64,000 nt of DNA from Euprymna scolopes (Eukaryota), in assembly GCA_053919585.1 (NCBI GenBank), contig CM132820.1, one strand, 5' to 3'. The position numbers and the translations under genes were made by a program. The notes under the pieces are model-generated. The model was not told the origin of the DNA and ran no database searches. It worked only from the letters and a program-made list of their open reading frames with translations. This document shows positions 63,739-64,000 of the stretch, one piece after another (position 1 is the stretch's first letter; each line of letters begins with the position of its first letter).

Positions 63739-64000
63739 TTTAAAATATTAGGAAGACAAATCTTCAAAGATCCCCATAACTAGGGTAATTATTTTACAAA
63801 AAAAAGTGTCTTATTAAAAATTGCCAATCTGAATCAATAAATAAGGCGTTCCAACAATAAGCAAATTAGGAAAATACAAAATACAAATATGCAAACTATG
63901 GCTGTAGAAGAAAAAAAAACTCCATGACTTTTTACAAGGTACCTGCAAGGTAAAAACTGTAATCTATAGCTGTACGGTATCAACAATCCCATATGTAAAT

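Overview
AT-rich eukaryotic (most likely invertebrate animal) genomic DNA with about 14 assembly N-gaps. I found no convincing intact host protein-coding gene; the window is almost entirely decayed transposable elements, satellites and microsatellites. Recognisable elements: R4/Dong-like RLE non-LTR fragments clustered in (TAA)n tracts; four CR1/L2-group LINE fragments; a near full-length RTE element; Gypsy (Mag-like) pol and LTR remnants; two Penelope-like (PLE) remnants (one RT, one GIY-YIG end); three Tc1-family transposons with long IR/DR ends, one carrying a nested DD34D mariner; a non-autonomous Helitron; a SINE-like insertion with a 14-bp TSD; a 5S rRNA-derived copy; and a 2.8-kb 24-25-bp satellite. 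The most interesting signal is non-coding. Several sequence-unrelated short elements (11.2-11.5, 22.9-23.5, 24.8-25.1 and 36.1-36.3 kb; weaker or partial cases at 33.5, 3.4-3.7, 7.4 and 47.7 kb) share one design: a tRNA-like Pol III A/B-box head followed by a minimal type I hammerhead ribozyme with a palindromic stem III. They often carry an upstream inverted copy of their 3' end and sit in (AT)n tracts, the same insertion geometry as the PLE remnant at 53.7-54.3 kb. I infer Pol III-transcribed, self-cleaving, Penelope-mobilised SINE-like elements. All calls are by eye; coordinates of degenerate elements are approximate.
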